Source: Candidatus Eiseniibacteriota bacterium | Lineage (GTDB): Bacteria > Eisenbacteria > RBG-16-71-46 > CAVPCR01 | Assembly (NCBI GenBank): GCA_963823555.1 | Contig: CAWGMA010000004.1 | Span: forward strand, 320,001-384,000 | Length of the DNA: 64,000 bases | Direction of reading: 5' to 3' | Shown: in pieces, positions 39,461-50,287 of the stretch | Layout: the number at the start of each line of letters is the position of its first letter | Position numbering within the stretch: the first letter of the stretch is position 1 | The notes under the pieces: generated by a model | The model's input: the letters and a program-made list of their open reading frames with translations, nothing else | The model's database searches: none | What the model was told of the DNA's origin: nothing | Program-made: the position numbers and the translations under genes

Positions 39461-41161
39461 CTACGGCGCCCCGGGCTGCGGTTCGCGGTCCGGGGCCGGG
39501 CTTCCCGCCGGAAGCCCGAGCAGCTGGCGGGCCCGGTCGAGCGCCTGGTCGATGTTGCTGACCATGTTCTCCTCGCCGATCTTCTTCCACAGCTCGGTGC
39601 GCTGAAGGGCCAGAAGCGGTTGGGCGTGCACGCCGGAGAGCACGACCCGAGTGCCGTCCCGCCGGCACTGGTTGTAGAGCTCCTCGAGGAGATGGAGCCC
39701 GGTGGCGTCGATCGCGGGGACCTGGCGCAGGCGCACGATGAGAACGCCCGGGCGCGACTTGATTGTGCGCATCGTGTCGCGGAAGGTCTCGGCTGCTCCG
39801 AAGAAGAACGGGCCGTTGATCTCGAAGACTTCCACGCCGGGAGGGATCTGGCGCCGGGTGATGGCATAGAGGTCCGGAGCGTCCTCGGCGTCCCGGAACT
39901 CCCGCGTCACCACCCCGATGTTCGCGACCTCGCTCATGCGCCGGATGAAGAGGAGCGAGGCCATGACCACCCCCACTTGCACCGCGATCGTGAGGTCGAT
40001 CACCACCGTCAGTACGAAGGTCGACAGCAGGACCACGACATCGCTTCGCGGGGCGCGCAGGAGGGCGCGGAACTGATCGATCTCGCTCATGTTGTAGGCG
40101 ACGATCATGAGGATCCCGGAGAGTGCGGCCAGCGGGATGTGGCGCGCGAGTGGAGCGAAGAGGAGGAGCACAACGAGGAGCGTTGCCGCGTGAATCATGC
40201 CGGCGACCGGTGTGCGCCCACCACTCTTCACGTTGGTGGCGGTGCGGGCGATGGCGCCGGTGGCCGGAAGGCCGCCGAAGGCGACCGCGCCGATGTTGGC
40301 AACACCCTGGGCGACGAGTTCCATGTTCGACTTGTGCCGCGAGCCGATCATGCCGTCGGCGACCGTGGCCGACAGCAGGGACTCGATCCCGGCGAGGAGC
40401 GCGATGGTGAACGCCGGCGAGATCATCTGGCGGATCGTTACCCAGTCGAGATGGGGAACCGCGGGCGCGGGCAGCACGCGCGGCAGATCGCCGAAGCGCG
40501 TGCCGATCGTCGCGACCGGGAGGTCGAGGAGCGAGGCGGCAACGGCCGCCACGATCAAGGCGATGAGCATGCGAGGGATGCGCGCGCTCACGCGCCGGAG
40601 GAGCTCGATCAGGAGGATGGTCCCGGCCCCGACGGCGAAGGCGGCGACGCTGATCGAATCGAGATGGGTGGCGTATAGGGCCCAGCGGGCGAAGAACTCG
40701 CCTGGTACCTCGGGCAGACTGAGGCCGAGGAAGTCCGGGATCTGAGTCGTGAAGATGACGACCGCGATCCCGGCCGTGAATCCGGTGACCACCGGGTACG
40801 GGATGAACTTGATCATCGCGCCGAAGCGCGCCAGGCCCATCGCGATCAGGAGCCCCCCGGCCAGGAGGGTGGCGATGGCGAGCCCATTGTAACCGTGCTG
40901 CGCGCTGATGGTGCCGACGAGGACGACGAAGGCGCCGGTCGGACCGCCGATCTGCACCCGGCTGCCGCCGAGCGCCGAGATCAGGAACCCGGCGACGATC
41001 GCGGTGAACAGGCCGCGCTCGGGGGGCAGTCCCGAGGCGATGGCGAAGGCCATGGCGAGCGGCAGGGCCACCACTCCGACGGTCAATCCAGCGAAGAGGT
41101 CGCCGGCGAAGGTGCGGCGGTTGTAGTCGCGGAGGCAGAGGATGGACTTGGGGATGAACAT
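39461..41161 (-). CDS. SulP family anion transporter with STAS domain
   Basis: DLFAGLTVGVVALPLAMAFAIASG, QIGGPTGA, IESLLSA, TGAIARTA, FEINGPFFFG, IDATG. Confidence 0.93.
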   Translation of the reverse strand: MFIPKSILCLRDYNRRTFAGDLFAGLTVGVVALPLAMAFAIASGLPPERGLFTAIVAGFLISALGGSRVQIGGPTGAFVVLVGTISAQHGYNGLAIATLLAGGLLIAMGLARFGAMIKFIPYPVVTGFTAGIAVVIFTTQIPDFLGLSLPEVPGEFFARWALYATHLDSISVAAFAVGAGTILLIELLRRVSARIPRMLIALIVAAVAASLLDLPVATIGTRFGDLPRVLPAPAVPHLDWVTIRQMISPAFTIALLAGIESLLSATVADGMIGSRHKSNMELVAQGVANIGAVAFGGLPATGAIARTATNVKSGGRTPVAGMIHAATLLVVLLLFAPLARHIPLAALSGILMIVAYNMSEIDQFRALLRAPRSDVVVLLSTFVLTVVIDLTIAVQVGVVMASLLFIRRMSEVANIGVVTREFRDAEDAPDLYAITRRQIPPGVEVFEINGPFFFGAAETFRDTMRTIKSRPGVLIVRLRQVPAIDATGLHLLEELYNQCRRDGTRVVLSGVHAQPLLALQRTELWKKIGEENMVSNIDQALDRARQLLGLPAGSPAPDREPQPGAP

Positions 41162-41192
41162 GAACGCGTCTTTCGAGTTCCTGTGATTCTTG

Positions 41193-42617
41193 CTAGAGAG
41201 CGGCTCGGAGGCGGGCGAGCACGGCGGGACGCGTGCGGAGGCGGATGTCCGTGCCATGGGGGCCGAACGTCTCCTCGAGCACGTGGCAGGAGCGGTGGAT
41301 CTCGGCAACCACGCGCTGCAGCGTGTAAGGCACATGGAGCGTCGCATCCACCATGTCCCGCTCGAAGAAGCGGATGATGAGCTCGCGGAGCCGGGTCAGG
41401 TCCGCCGGGCGCCTGGCCGAGAGCTGAATGGCCTCGGGATAGGCTGCGGCGAGCTCCGCCTGCCGCCCGTCATCCACGCGATCGATCTTGTTGAGGAGGA
41501 GGAGCTCGGGGGCATCCGCGGCGCCGATCTCGCCCAGGACCTCGCGCGTCACCGCGATCTGGGCCGGGAAGGCCGGGCTCGACGCGTCCACGACGTGGAG
41601 CTTGAGATCGGCATCGGCCGCCTCCTCCAGGGTCGAACGGAACGAGGCCACGAGATCGTGCGGGAGCTTCTTCAGAAAGCCCACCGTGTCGGAGATGAGG
41701 ATGCGGGGTCGGGTCGGCGGGGAGAGGGCGCGCACGGTGGTGTCGAGCGTGGCGAAGAGCTTGTCGGCGATATAGACCTCGTTGCCGGTGAGGCCGCGCA
41801 TGAGCGAGGACTTGCCGGCGTTGGTGTAACCGACCAGCGCCACCGTGTCGTGGTCGGCGCGCCGCTGACGCCGCGTTCCGGCCTCGCGCTCGATCGCGCC
41901 GAGCTCCGCGCGGAGCTCGGCGATGCGATCGCGGACCTTGCGCCGCTCGAGCTGGGCCGCCGACTCTCCGGCGCCCTTGGCGCCGATGCCGCCGCCCTGG
42001 CGGTCGGCTCCACCGCCCGACTCGCGGAGGCGCGGCGCGAGATAGGCAAGCCGCGCGATCTCGACCTGGAGCCGCGCCTCGCGGGTGTGGGCGTGGCGCT
42101 GGAAGATGGCGAGGATCACCGAGGTGCGGTCTAGCACCTCGGCGCCGGTCGCTCGTTCGAGGTTCCGGAGCTGCGTCGGCGTCAGATCGTGGTCGACGAT
42201 GACGATGGTCGCGGGCGCCTCGCCGGCCGGTCTCGCCGTGGGGCTCTCGTCCGCGTCGTCGCTCTCGACCTCGTCCGGCGCATCGGCCTCTTCGTCATCG
42301 TCACCTACCGCTTCGCCCTCGACTTCGGCCGCCGCATCCACCTTGCGGCCGCCCTTCCGCCGCTGGGATGGTCCACGCGGGACCACGCCCTCGCCCCCGG
42401 TGAACGCCGCTAGCTCGTGGAGCTTGCCGGCGCCGAGGACAGCCCCCGGGGCGAGCGCGGTCCGCTTCTGCGTGACGCGTCCCACAACGGTGAGACCGAG
42501 CGTCTTGGCGAGCTGGGCGAGCTCGTCGAGCGAGGCGGAGAAGTCGCCGTCATCCATCCCGGGAAGCTGGACACCGGCCAGGACGGCGCGCGGCGGTATG
42601 TGGCGTGCTTCGTGCAT
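41193..42617 (-). CDS. hflX: Ribosome-splitting GTPase HflX
   Basis: LTPTQLRNLE, HAHTREARLQVE, VGYTNAGKS, LFATLDT, DTVGF, NKID. Confidence 0.93.
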   Translation of the reverse strand: MHEARHIPPRAVLAGVQLPGMDDGDFSASLDELAQLAKTLGLTVVGRVTQKRTALAPGAVLGAGKLHELAAFTGGEGVVPRGPSQRRKGGRKVDAAAEVEGEAVGDDDEEADAPDEVESDDADESPTARPAGEAPATIVIVDHDLTPTQLRNLERATGAEVLDRTSVILAIFQRHAHTREARLQVEIARLAYLAPRLRESGGGADRQGGGIGAKGAGESAAQLERRKVRDRIAELRAELGAIEREAGTRRQRRADHDTVALVGYTNAGKSSLMRGLTGNEVYIADKLFATLDTTVRALSPPTRPRILISDTVGFLKKLPHDLVASFRSTLEEAADADLKLHVVDASSPAFPAQIAVTREVLGEIGAADAPELLLLNKIDRVDDGRQAELAAAYPEAIQLSARRPADLTRLRELIIRFFERDMVDATLHVPYTLQRVVAEIHRSCHVLEETFGPHGTDIRLRTRPAVLARLRAAL

Positions 42618-42720
42618 GGGGGCGCGGATTCTACTGAGTCGTGGATCCTATCGACAAGAGGTGCTTTGTTGCCCGAGGTCCCGTCCTGAGGCGGCATGCG
42701 GCAGGGAAGCATCAAGCGAA

Positions 42721-42746
42721 CGGGGCCTGCCGGAAGGCAGGCCCCG
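42721..42746 (-). terminator. Intrinsic terminator after lat
   Basis: Perfect 11-bp stem CGGGGCCTGCC/GGCAGGCCCCG with a 4-nt loop, about 35 nt past the lat stop; short TTCGCTT tail. Confidence 0.65.
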
Positions 42747-42781
42747 CCCATGCGAGCACTCTCTCGCGCAGCGAATGCGCG

Positions 42782-44246
42782 CTACTTCGTCGGTGGTGGC
42801 GCCTGCGGCGTCCACCGCTTCCGATGCACCTGCTTCATGGCATCGCTCAGGCGATTGAGGCCTTCGTCCATCTCCTCGTCGGTGATGGCCAGCGACGGCC
42901 TGAAACGCACCCCGGTGGGCCCGGTGGGGATGATGAGCAGATCGCGCTCGAAGGTCGCCTCGAGAAGCTGGTCCCGCGTGGTCCCATCCAGGAGGTCGAA
43001 GGCGCACATGAGACCCCGCCCTCGCGTGTTCATCATGAGGTCGGGGTACTTGCCCTGCAGAGCGAAGAACCCATCCATGAGTTTCTTGCCCTTGACCTCG
43101 GCGTTGGCAACCAGGTTCTCGTCGCGAATGATGCGCAGATATTCGGAGGCGCGGACCATGTCGACGAGGTTGCCGCCCCAGGTCGAGTTGATCCGGCTCG
43201 ACTCGCTGAAGACGTTGTTCTTCACCTCGTCGATGCGGCGCGAGACCATGCATGCCGCAGATCTGCATCTTCTTGCCGAAGCAGATGATGTCCGGCACGA
43301 CGCCGAGGTGCTGGTAGGCCCACATCCTTCCGGTGAGCCCGACGCCGGTCTGGACCTCGTCGAAGATGAGCATCGCCTCGTTCTCGTCGGCGAGGCGCCG
43401 CAGCTCGGCGAAGAACTCGGGCCGGAAGTGGTTGTCGCCGCCCTCGCCCTGGATGGGCTCGATGATGATGGCGGCGATGTCGTCCCGGTGCTCGACGAAC
43501 GCGTGCTCCATCTGGGCGATCGCCAGCTTCTCCGCGTCGATCACCGCATCGAGGTTCTTGCCCTCGAGCGGGAAGGTGATCTTCGGGTTCACCATGCGCG
43601 GCCAGTCGAACTTCGGGAAGTACTTGGTCTTCCTCGGGTCCGCCGTGTTGGTCAGGGAAAGCGTGTAGCCGGTCCGCCCGTGGAAGGCCTGCTCGAAGTG
43701 CATGACCCGGGTGCCGCGTTCCTTGCGGTAACCGTCCGCGAAGTTCTTGCGCACCTTCCAGTCGAAGGCGGCCTTGAGCGCGTTCTCGACGCCGAGCGCT
43801 CCGCCCGAGATCAGGAACAGGTGCGGGAGCTCGGCGGGCATGGCGGTCTTCTCGAGAGTGTCGACGAACTCCGCCATCTCGACCGTGTAGAAGTCGGAGT
43901 TCGACGGCTTCATGAGGGCGCTGCGCGCGAGCTTGGCGATGACGCGAGGTTCGATGAGACGGGGATGATTGAAGCCGATCGGAGCCGAGGCGAAGAACAT
44001 GAAGAGATCGAGGTACTTCTTCCCGGTCGCGGCATCATGGAGCCAGCTGCCGCGGCTCCGATCGATGTCGACCACGATCGGAAAGCCGTCAACGAGGAGG
44101 TGCCGCTTGAGCGTGCCGAGCACCTCGCTCGGATGAATGCCGGGGGGCGTGACCAGTTCCGACGCCGCGCCGGTTGAGATACCGGGAGCGGCTGCCGTCT
44201 TGTCGGTTGCCGACGGCCGCGTGAACGTCGCCGCGTTCTGATTCAT
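42782..44246 (-). CDS. lat: L-lysine 6-aminotransferase, one apparent +1 insertion near 43251
   Basis: KPSNSDFY, GALGVENALKAAFDWK, AFHGRTGYTLSLTNT, EPIQGEGGD, FDEVQTG, FGKKMQ; continues in another frame as RINSTWGGN. Confidence 0.9.
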
Positions 44247-44821
44247 GACTTGTGCTCCTCTCGCTCCGCGCGGATGGTGTTCCCCACCATCTCGTTGTCG
44301 CGGGCACCAGCGGATGCCGCTCGCGATGCTCCGGCGGAGTTCTCTCCCCCTGCCGGTTGCGCCGCGAGCGGAATCCGGAAGTCCTCCTTGGACGTCGACA
44401 GTGCGATCACGGTGCGCGTCTGTCGCACTCCAGGGAGGCTGTTGATCTCATCGAGCAGCAGGCGCTGCAGGGCCTGCCGATCCCAGACCTTGAGCTTCAC
44501 CAGACAGGAGAATTCCCCCGTCACGTGGTGGACTTCTTGCACCTCGGGGATCCCTTGCATCCGGGAGACGAATTCGTTCTCGTAGCGCGGATCCTCGATG
44601 AACACCTCGACGAAGGCGGTGATGTCGCAGCCGATCTTTTCGGCGTCGACGATCGCTGCGAAGCCCACGATCACGCCGCGCTGCTCGAGCTTCTTGAGCC
44701 GCTCGTTGACGGCTGCCGCTGATAGCCCGATGCGCCGCCCGATTTCGGCCTGCGCTAGCCGGGCATCCTGCTGGACCAGCTCGAGGATCTGAATGTCCTT
44801 ATCGTCAAGCTTCATGATCAC
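44243..44821 (-). CDS. Lrp/AsnC family transcriptional regulator
   Basis: LDDKDIQIL...DAR...IGLS...ERLKKLEQRGVI HTH; VHHVTGE; GVRQTRT; stop overlaps the lat start. Confidence 0.93.
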   Translation of the reverse strand: MIMKLDDKDIQILELVQQDARLAQAEIGRRIGLSAAAVNERLKKLEQRGVIVGFAAIVDAEKIGCDITAFVEVFIEDPRYENEFVSRMQGIPEVQEVHHVTGEFSCLVKLKVWDRQALQRLLLDEINSLPGVRQTRTVIALSTSKEDFRIPLAAQPAGGENSAGASRAASAGARDNEMVGNTIRAEREEHKS

Positions 44822-45363
44822 CGTATTATTATCGGCAGATCGACTCTTTCACCAAATATGATACGGAATCGGAGCTTTCATGTTCAACTGGGATCGCAAG
44901 CGGGAACCGCGAATCCGGCGCTAGATCATAAACAATTATAAATTCATCACTTATGGTTTCTGAGGGGATGGCGCAGGAGGGTGGTTGGGACCGGTCCGAT
45001 CCTGTAACTCCAAGAAACCGCTTGACCTGCGGGCGATGGATGATGGTAGTCTGCGATCCAACGCCTGGCTGGAGGATCTCCCGCCAGGGGGGAGCCGCTG
45101 CCAGACTACCGGCTACGGATCAAGGACATTGCCTACCGGTTGAAAGTCCCGCTCCGGGCCCTACCGCCACCTTAGGCCACTTTCAGATGCCAGCCGCCCG
45201 AATCCCCTTCCCGGCCCACATCTCGCCACGAACGGGTTCGGGCGACTTGACTGAATGGCAGCCAAGCGCTGGGGGGCGTTCCGCGTCCGGCAGCATGGAG
45301 CAGATCAAGGTCGAGCGTCAGCGCCGTCTGCGACCGGCAACTTGGTTGGAGATTCGAGAGACG

Positions 45364-45660
45364 ATGAACACGAACCTCTACGTGGGTAACCTCCCTTACA
45401 ACACGAGTGAACAGGACCTGATCGATCTCTTCGGTCAGGTGGGGGAGGTCGTGAGCGCCCAGGTCATCAGCGATCGCGAGACCGGACGGTCCCGCGGCTT
45501 TGGCTTTGTCAAGATGGCCTCGGCTCAGGATGCCCAGACGGCCATCGAGCAGTTCAACGAGCACGAGTTCATGGGCCGCCGGCTCCTGGTCAACGAGGCT
45601 CGACCCCGAGGTGAAGGCATGGGGTCCGGGGCGTCGCGGTCCAGTGGTGGGTATCGCTAG
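45364..45660 (+). CDS. RRM-domain RNA-binding protein
   Basis: RNP2 LYVGNL, RNP1 RGFGFV, DRETGRS, VNEARPR, Gly-rich tail. Confidence 0.95.
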   Translation: MNTNLYVGNLPYNTSEQDLIDLFGQVGEVVSAQVISDRETGRSRGFGFVKMASAQDAQTAIEQFNEHEFMGRRLLVNEARPRGEGMGSGASRSSGGYR

Positions 45661-45936
45661 CACGGGCAGTTGGCCCGACCCGCTTCCAGGCCGTCGCCCG
45701 ATCGGGTATGCCGGCATCGACCCTCCGGGTCGGTGCCGGCAACCGGCTTGTGGGGGCGGAGCCGCGCCTCCGGGCGATGCTTTTCCCCGATCTCTTGATC
45801 CGTTAGGATGGTTCAGGCCCGATCGTGAGCGCATCGCCCCCACCGCTCAGAACCCCCCCGCTCCAGCGTCGCGGTCCGGTATCACCGTCTGCGCAAGTGG
45901 TTGTACTTCTGAGCTTTGCCTCGAGGAGCCCGGCCC

Positions 45937-47385
45937 ATGTCCATGAAGTGGTCATTCCAGCGGATTTCCCTTTACCTCGTCACGGCGGGAGCCGTTCTGG
46001 CCGGCGGGTGCACCGACAAGCCAACCGACCCGGGCGACGGCGGTCCCGGCGATGGCACCTACTCCAGCACGGTGCAGCGCATCTTCAATCGAAGCTGCGC
46101 CCTCAGCGGCTGCCACGGGGCGGGCACTCCTGCGGCGGGGCTCGAGCTCACCTCCTGGGAGGACCTGTTCCGGGGGAGCGAGCATGGTGAGGTGGTGGTC
46201 GCCTTCCGGCCCGAGGAGAGCCATCTCGTCGATCACCTGACCGGCGCCGCCGAGCCGCAGATGCCCTACGGTCGCGACCCGCTCCCTGCAGAAGAGATCG
46301 ATCTGATCCGCGACTGGATCGCCGCCGGCGCCCGCAACGACCTGGGGGCTGTTCCATTTGCCGATTCGCGCCAGAAGATCTTCGTCACCAACCAGGGAAG
46401 CGATCAGGTCACCGTGCTCGATGCGGAGGCGCTGGTCACGAGCCGGATCATCGATGTCGGTGTGCTCCCGGATGCCGACTACCCGCACAATGTCTTCGCC
46501 GACCCGCAGGGCGAGCACTACTACCTGAGCCTCATCAATTCGGCACGCATCCTCAAGTTCGACGCCCGGACGGATTCGCTCCTCGGTATCGCTGAGGTCG
46601 GCGAGTCGCCGGCGAACCCGGTCACCTCGCCCGATGGCAAGACGCTCTACGTCACCAACTGGCGGCCCGACAACCCGACGCTGCATGTGCTCGATGCGAC
46701 GACGCTGGAGGAAAGATACATGCTCCGGTTCCCGCTCGCCCTCGGGGCCAGCCCTCACGGTCTGTGCGTCAACGCTGACGGTTCGACCTTGTATACGACC
46801 CACGAGCAGGCAGGGAGCGTCTTCAAGATCCTCCTCGGCGAGACGGCACAGGATGCCGAGCTCAGGTTCATCCCGCTCGATGGCCGGGATACGCAGCTCC
46901 TGCAGCCCCTTCAGGTCGTGCTCGACGCGGACGAGCGGTACGCCTACGTGACGTGCTTGAACTCGGGCCAGGTGCAGGTCATCGACACCGATCTCGAACA
47001 GGTGGTGAATGTGATCGAGATCGGCGGCAATCCTTGGCTGGCTGCGCTGACGCCAGACGGGAGCCGCGTCTACGTGGCCAACTGGGGCAAGAACGCCGTC
47101 GATGTCATCGATACCGGGACGCGGAGTCTGGTCATGACGATCGACAACAGCATGGCCGGCGATCACGGTCCCGTGTTCGCCCGGCCCCACGGCGTCGCGA
47201 TGAGCCACGACGGGCGCTTCGCCTTCGTGTCGAACGAGAACACGAACGGCGAGTACCCCCCGCACCACGGCGGCGAGACGAGCGGGAACGGGAACCTGGT
47301 CGTCATCGAGCTGGCAACCAATCACGTCATGAAGACGATCGAGCTGGAGGTGGATCCCACCGGTGTCGCCTTTGCCGCTCACTAG
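45937..47385 (+). CDS. Lipoprotein: planctomycete-type cytochrome c domain plus YVTN/YncE beta-propeller
   Basis: Lipobox LAGGC; CALSGCH, QMP, IRDWIAAGA; FVTNQGSD, SPDGKTLYVTN, TPDGSRVYVAN repeats. Confidence 0.85.
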   Translation: MSMKWSFQRISLYLVTAGAVLAGGCTDKPTDPGDGGPGDGTYSSTVQRIFNRSCALSGCHGAGTPAAGLELTSWEDLFRGSEHGEVVVAFRPEESHLVDHLTGAAEPQMPYGRDPLPAEEIDLIRDWIAAGARNDLGAVPFADSRQKIFVTNQGSDQVTVLDAEALVTSRIIDVGVLPDADYPHNVFADPQGEHYYLSLINSARILKFDARTDSLLGIAEVGESPANPVTSPDGKTLYVTNWRPDNPTLHVLDATTLEERYMLRFPLALGASPHGLCVNADGSTLYTTHEQAGSVFKILLGETAQDAELRFIPLDGRDTQLLQPLQVVLDADERYAYVTCLNSGQVQVIDTDLEQVVNVIEIGGNPWLAALTPDGSRVYVANWGKNAVDVIDTGTRSLVMTIDNSMAGDHGPVFARPHGVAMSHDGRFAFVSNENTNGEYPPHHGGETSGNGNLVVIELATNHVMKTIELEVDPTGVAFAAH

Positions 47386-47392
47386 CGCATCG

Positions 47393-48730
47393 ATGAGATG
47401 CGCCGTCATATCGGTGCGGGCGACCGCTTGGGCGCTCTTGCTGCTCGTTGTCGTTGCTGGCTGCGGCGATGACGGCACCTCGCCTCCACCGCCCGAGGGG
47501 CCGCCGTTTCAGCTCACGGATTTCTCCCCGCCTTCGACCTGCGCCGGCTGCCATCCCAATCACTATGCCGAGTGGTCGTCCTCGATGCATGCCTACGCGT
47601 TCAAGGATCCGGTCTTCTTTGCGTTGAACTTCGCAGAGCTCGAGCGGACGAACGGCGACCTCGGCCAGTTCTGCATCGGCTGCCACAGCCCGATAGGCAC
47701 CCTCACCGGCACCACTCCCGATACCCGCTTCGACCCGTCGACCATGCCCGAGGTGGTCCAGGCGGGCATTTCCTGCGATGTCTGCCACTCCATGGTGGCG
47801 GCGGCCCCGAGCGCCACCGAGGATGGCGTGCCTCTCGTGCTCAACCCCGGCAACGTCAAGTACGGGCCTTTACCGGCCATCGACACTGGGCCCGGAGTGC
47901 ACGATACCGAGCAGAAGCTCGAGCTCTTCTCCAGCTCCACCGCCTGCCGTGCCTGCCACAACCTCACCGTGCGCGGCATCGGCATGGAGAACACGTTCGA
48001 CGAATGGGAGAACTCGATCTACGCCTCGCGCGGTGACTCGCACTGCCAGGGCTGCCACATGCCGACCTACGCCGGGCGGGCGGCACTCGGGGGCCCCGAG
48101 CGGCCCAACCTTCACCGGCATTGGTTCGCCGGCGTGGATGTGGCTCTCACCGACTTTCCCGATCACGAGGGCAACGTGGACCGCGTGCGCCAGCTGCTGC
48201 GTGGCGCGGCAAGCCTTGCGGTCCGGGCCCCGGCGGCGGTGGCTCCCGGGGATACCGCCCTGGTCGGGGTCACGGTGACCAACGACCGCACCGGTCACGC
48301 CATCCCCTCGGGAACGAGCTTCTCGCGTCAGATGTGGGTCGAGCTGATCGCCACCGCAGGCGGCGACACGCTCGCCCGTTCGGGGCACCTCGATGCCAAC
48401 GGCGATCTCAGGGATGCGAACTCGGAGCTCGATCCCGACGGCGACCCCGATCTCTTCCTGTTCACGAGCGTGCTCGAGGGGGGTGAGGATGTCACCGTCT
48501 TCACGGCCACCGGCATCCAGGAGTCCTTGCTCCAGCCCTTCGAGAGCCGTACGCGGATCTACCGGGTGGCCGTGCCCGAGACTCAGGCCGGACCGGTCGA
48601 CGTGTCGGTCCGCCTTCGGTTCCGTCCGCTACCACCCTACAAGGTGCGTGCCGCCGGTGCCCCGGAGCTGGTGGCGAGGATCCCGATCTTCGACATGACC
48701 GAGTCCGAGCTCGCGATCGACGTGCGCTGA
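47393..48730 (+). CDS. Pentaheme c-type cytochrome lipoprotein (c554-like N-domain)
   Basis: Lipobox VAGC; CAGCH, CIGCH, CDVCH, CRACH, CQGCH; WSSSMHA; GHAIPSG. Confidence 0.9.
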   Translation: MRCAVISVRATAWALLLLVVVAGCGDDGTSPPPPEGPPFQLTDFSPPSTCAGCHPNHYAEWSSSMHAYAFKDPVFFALNFAELERTNGDLGQFCIGCHSPIGTLTGTTPDTRFDPSTMPEVVQAGISCDVCHSMVAAAPSATEDGVPLVLNPGNVKYGPLPAIDTGPGVHDTEQKLELFSSSTACRACHNLTVRGIGMENTFDEWENSIYASRGDSHCQGCHMPTYAGRAALGGPERPNLHRHWFAGVDVALTDFPDHEGNVDRVRQLLRGAASLAVRAPAAVAPGDTALVGVTVTNDRTGHAIPSGTSFSRQMWVELIATAGGDTLARSGHLDANGDLRDANSELDPDGDPDLFLFTSVLEGGEDVTVFTATGIQESLLQPFESRTRIYRVAVPETQAGPVDVSVRLRFRPLPPYKVRAAGAPELVARIPIFDMTESELAIDVR

Positions 48731-48782
48731 CCTGACCGTCGCTCACCCCGCCCCCCGCGCTCTATCCCCGCTTGCTCCCGCC

Positions 48783-48811
48783 TTGACCTGCCTCCCGGTC
48801 GGACGTAGCGT
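48783..48811 (+). promoter_or_regulatory. Putative sigma70 promoter
   Basis: TTGACC, 17 nt, TAGCGT, about 100 nt upstream of the CydA-like gene. Confidence 0.4.
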
Positions 48812-48915
48812 ATCCGGCCGCAAGGCAGAGCCGCCCCCGCTGCGGCCGCCCGGCGGCCGGCGAGTGTCGTCTGCCGTCGTCGGCGCAAGCCGGCGACGCT
48901 CCTGGGGAGGGTTGC

Positions 48916-50287
48916 ATGGACTATCCAGTCTGGGATGTGGCGATGGGCGGCTCGGTCCTCATGGCGGTCGTCGCCATCACCCATGTCATCGTCTCGCATT
49001 TCGCCGTCGGCGGCGGTCTGCTGATCGCCGTGACCGAGACCCTGGCCGTGCGCCGCGGCGACTCGGCCTTCCGCGATCTGGCCCGGCGTTCTTCGCTCGT
49101 CCTGATCCTGGTCTCGACCGTGTTCGGTGCCATCAGCGGCGTCGGTGATCTGGGTCGTGGCCGGCCTCATCTCGCCCGCGGCCATCGCCGCGCTCATCCG
49201 CAATTACGTCTGGGGCTGGGCCATCGAGTGGGTCTTCTTCATCGTCGAGCTCGTCGCGGCGCTGCTCTACTTCGCGACCTGGGACAAGATCACGAAGCGG
49301 CCCACCTGCACTGATCTGGATCTACTTCATCGCCGCCTATGCTCTCGCTGGTCGTCATCAACGGCATCATCACCTTCATGCTGACCCCGGGCCAGTGGCT
49401 CGAGACGCGGGCCTTCTGGGACGGGTTCTTCAACCCGACCTACTGGCCGGCGATCGTTCTGCGCACCGGGATCACCCTTCTCATGGCCACTGCGTTCATG
49501 GGTCTGGTCGCCACTCGCGCCGAGGCGACGGCGCGGCCGCGGCTCGCCCGTTACCTCGGCTTCTGGCTCGTCGCCGGCGTGCTCGTCGCGTACGCCGGTT
49601 TCCGCTGGTGGGAAGGCGCGCTTCCAGAGGCGGTGCGCGCGCTGTTCCTCGGTGACGCCCCCAAGCTCTGGCCACCCTGGCCGCAACTCGCCACTTCCTG
49701 CTGTGGGCGCTGACCGCCACGCTCGGGTTCGGTGTCATCTTCTTCGTTCTTGCCCCCCGGACCGCGCGTGTGGTGCCCGCTGTTCTCGTCATGATCGCCG
49801 CATTCGCTTTCTTCGGTGGCTACGAACGGCTCCGGGAGGGCGCGCGCAAGCCGTTTCTGATCCACGACTACATGTTCTCCAACGGGATACGCATCGACGA
49901 GATCACGAGCCTCAACGACCTCGGGGATTCTGTCGCGCGCCGGCTTCGGTGCGGCTGCGGTGGCGGCCGACCCGGCGGTGCGCGGGCGTGCAGGTCTTCC
50001 GCGCCCAGTGCGCTAGCTGTCACACGATCGACGGCTACCAGGGGATCCGCGCGCTCCTGCCGGAGGATGCCGGACATGATCGAGGGTGTGCTCGGCATCA
50101 TGCGCAGCAGGGCGAGACGATAGCCGCCTTGCCGCGTACCGAGCCCATCGACACGAGCCAGCTCGACTACCCCTTCATGCCGCCATTCGTCGGCACCGAG
50201 GAGGAGATGCAGGCGCTCGCCCAGTACCTCGCGAGCGTCGCGGCGAGTTCCGGGCCGGCAGTGGCCGAGAGAGGAGGTGCGCATTGA
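48916..50287 (+). CDS. CydA-like (cytochrome bd subunit I fold) membrane protein with C-terminal cytochrome c, frameshifted
   Basis: HVIVSHFAVGGG, FGAISGVG, WGWAIEWVFF, INGIITFMLTPG, ERLREGARKPF, CASCH and MPPF spread over several frames. Confidence 0.8.

Noticed and set aside
43240..43260. Programmed frameshift in lat
   Set aside because: No slippery run; deleting one base restores CGIMVSRR, consistent with the other indel errors in the window
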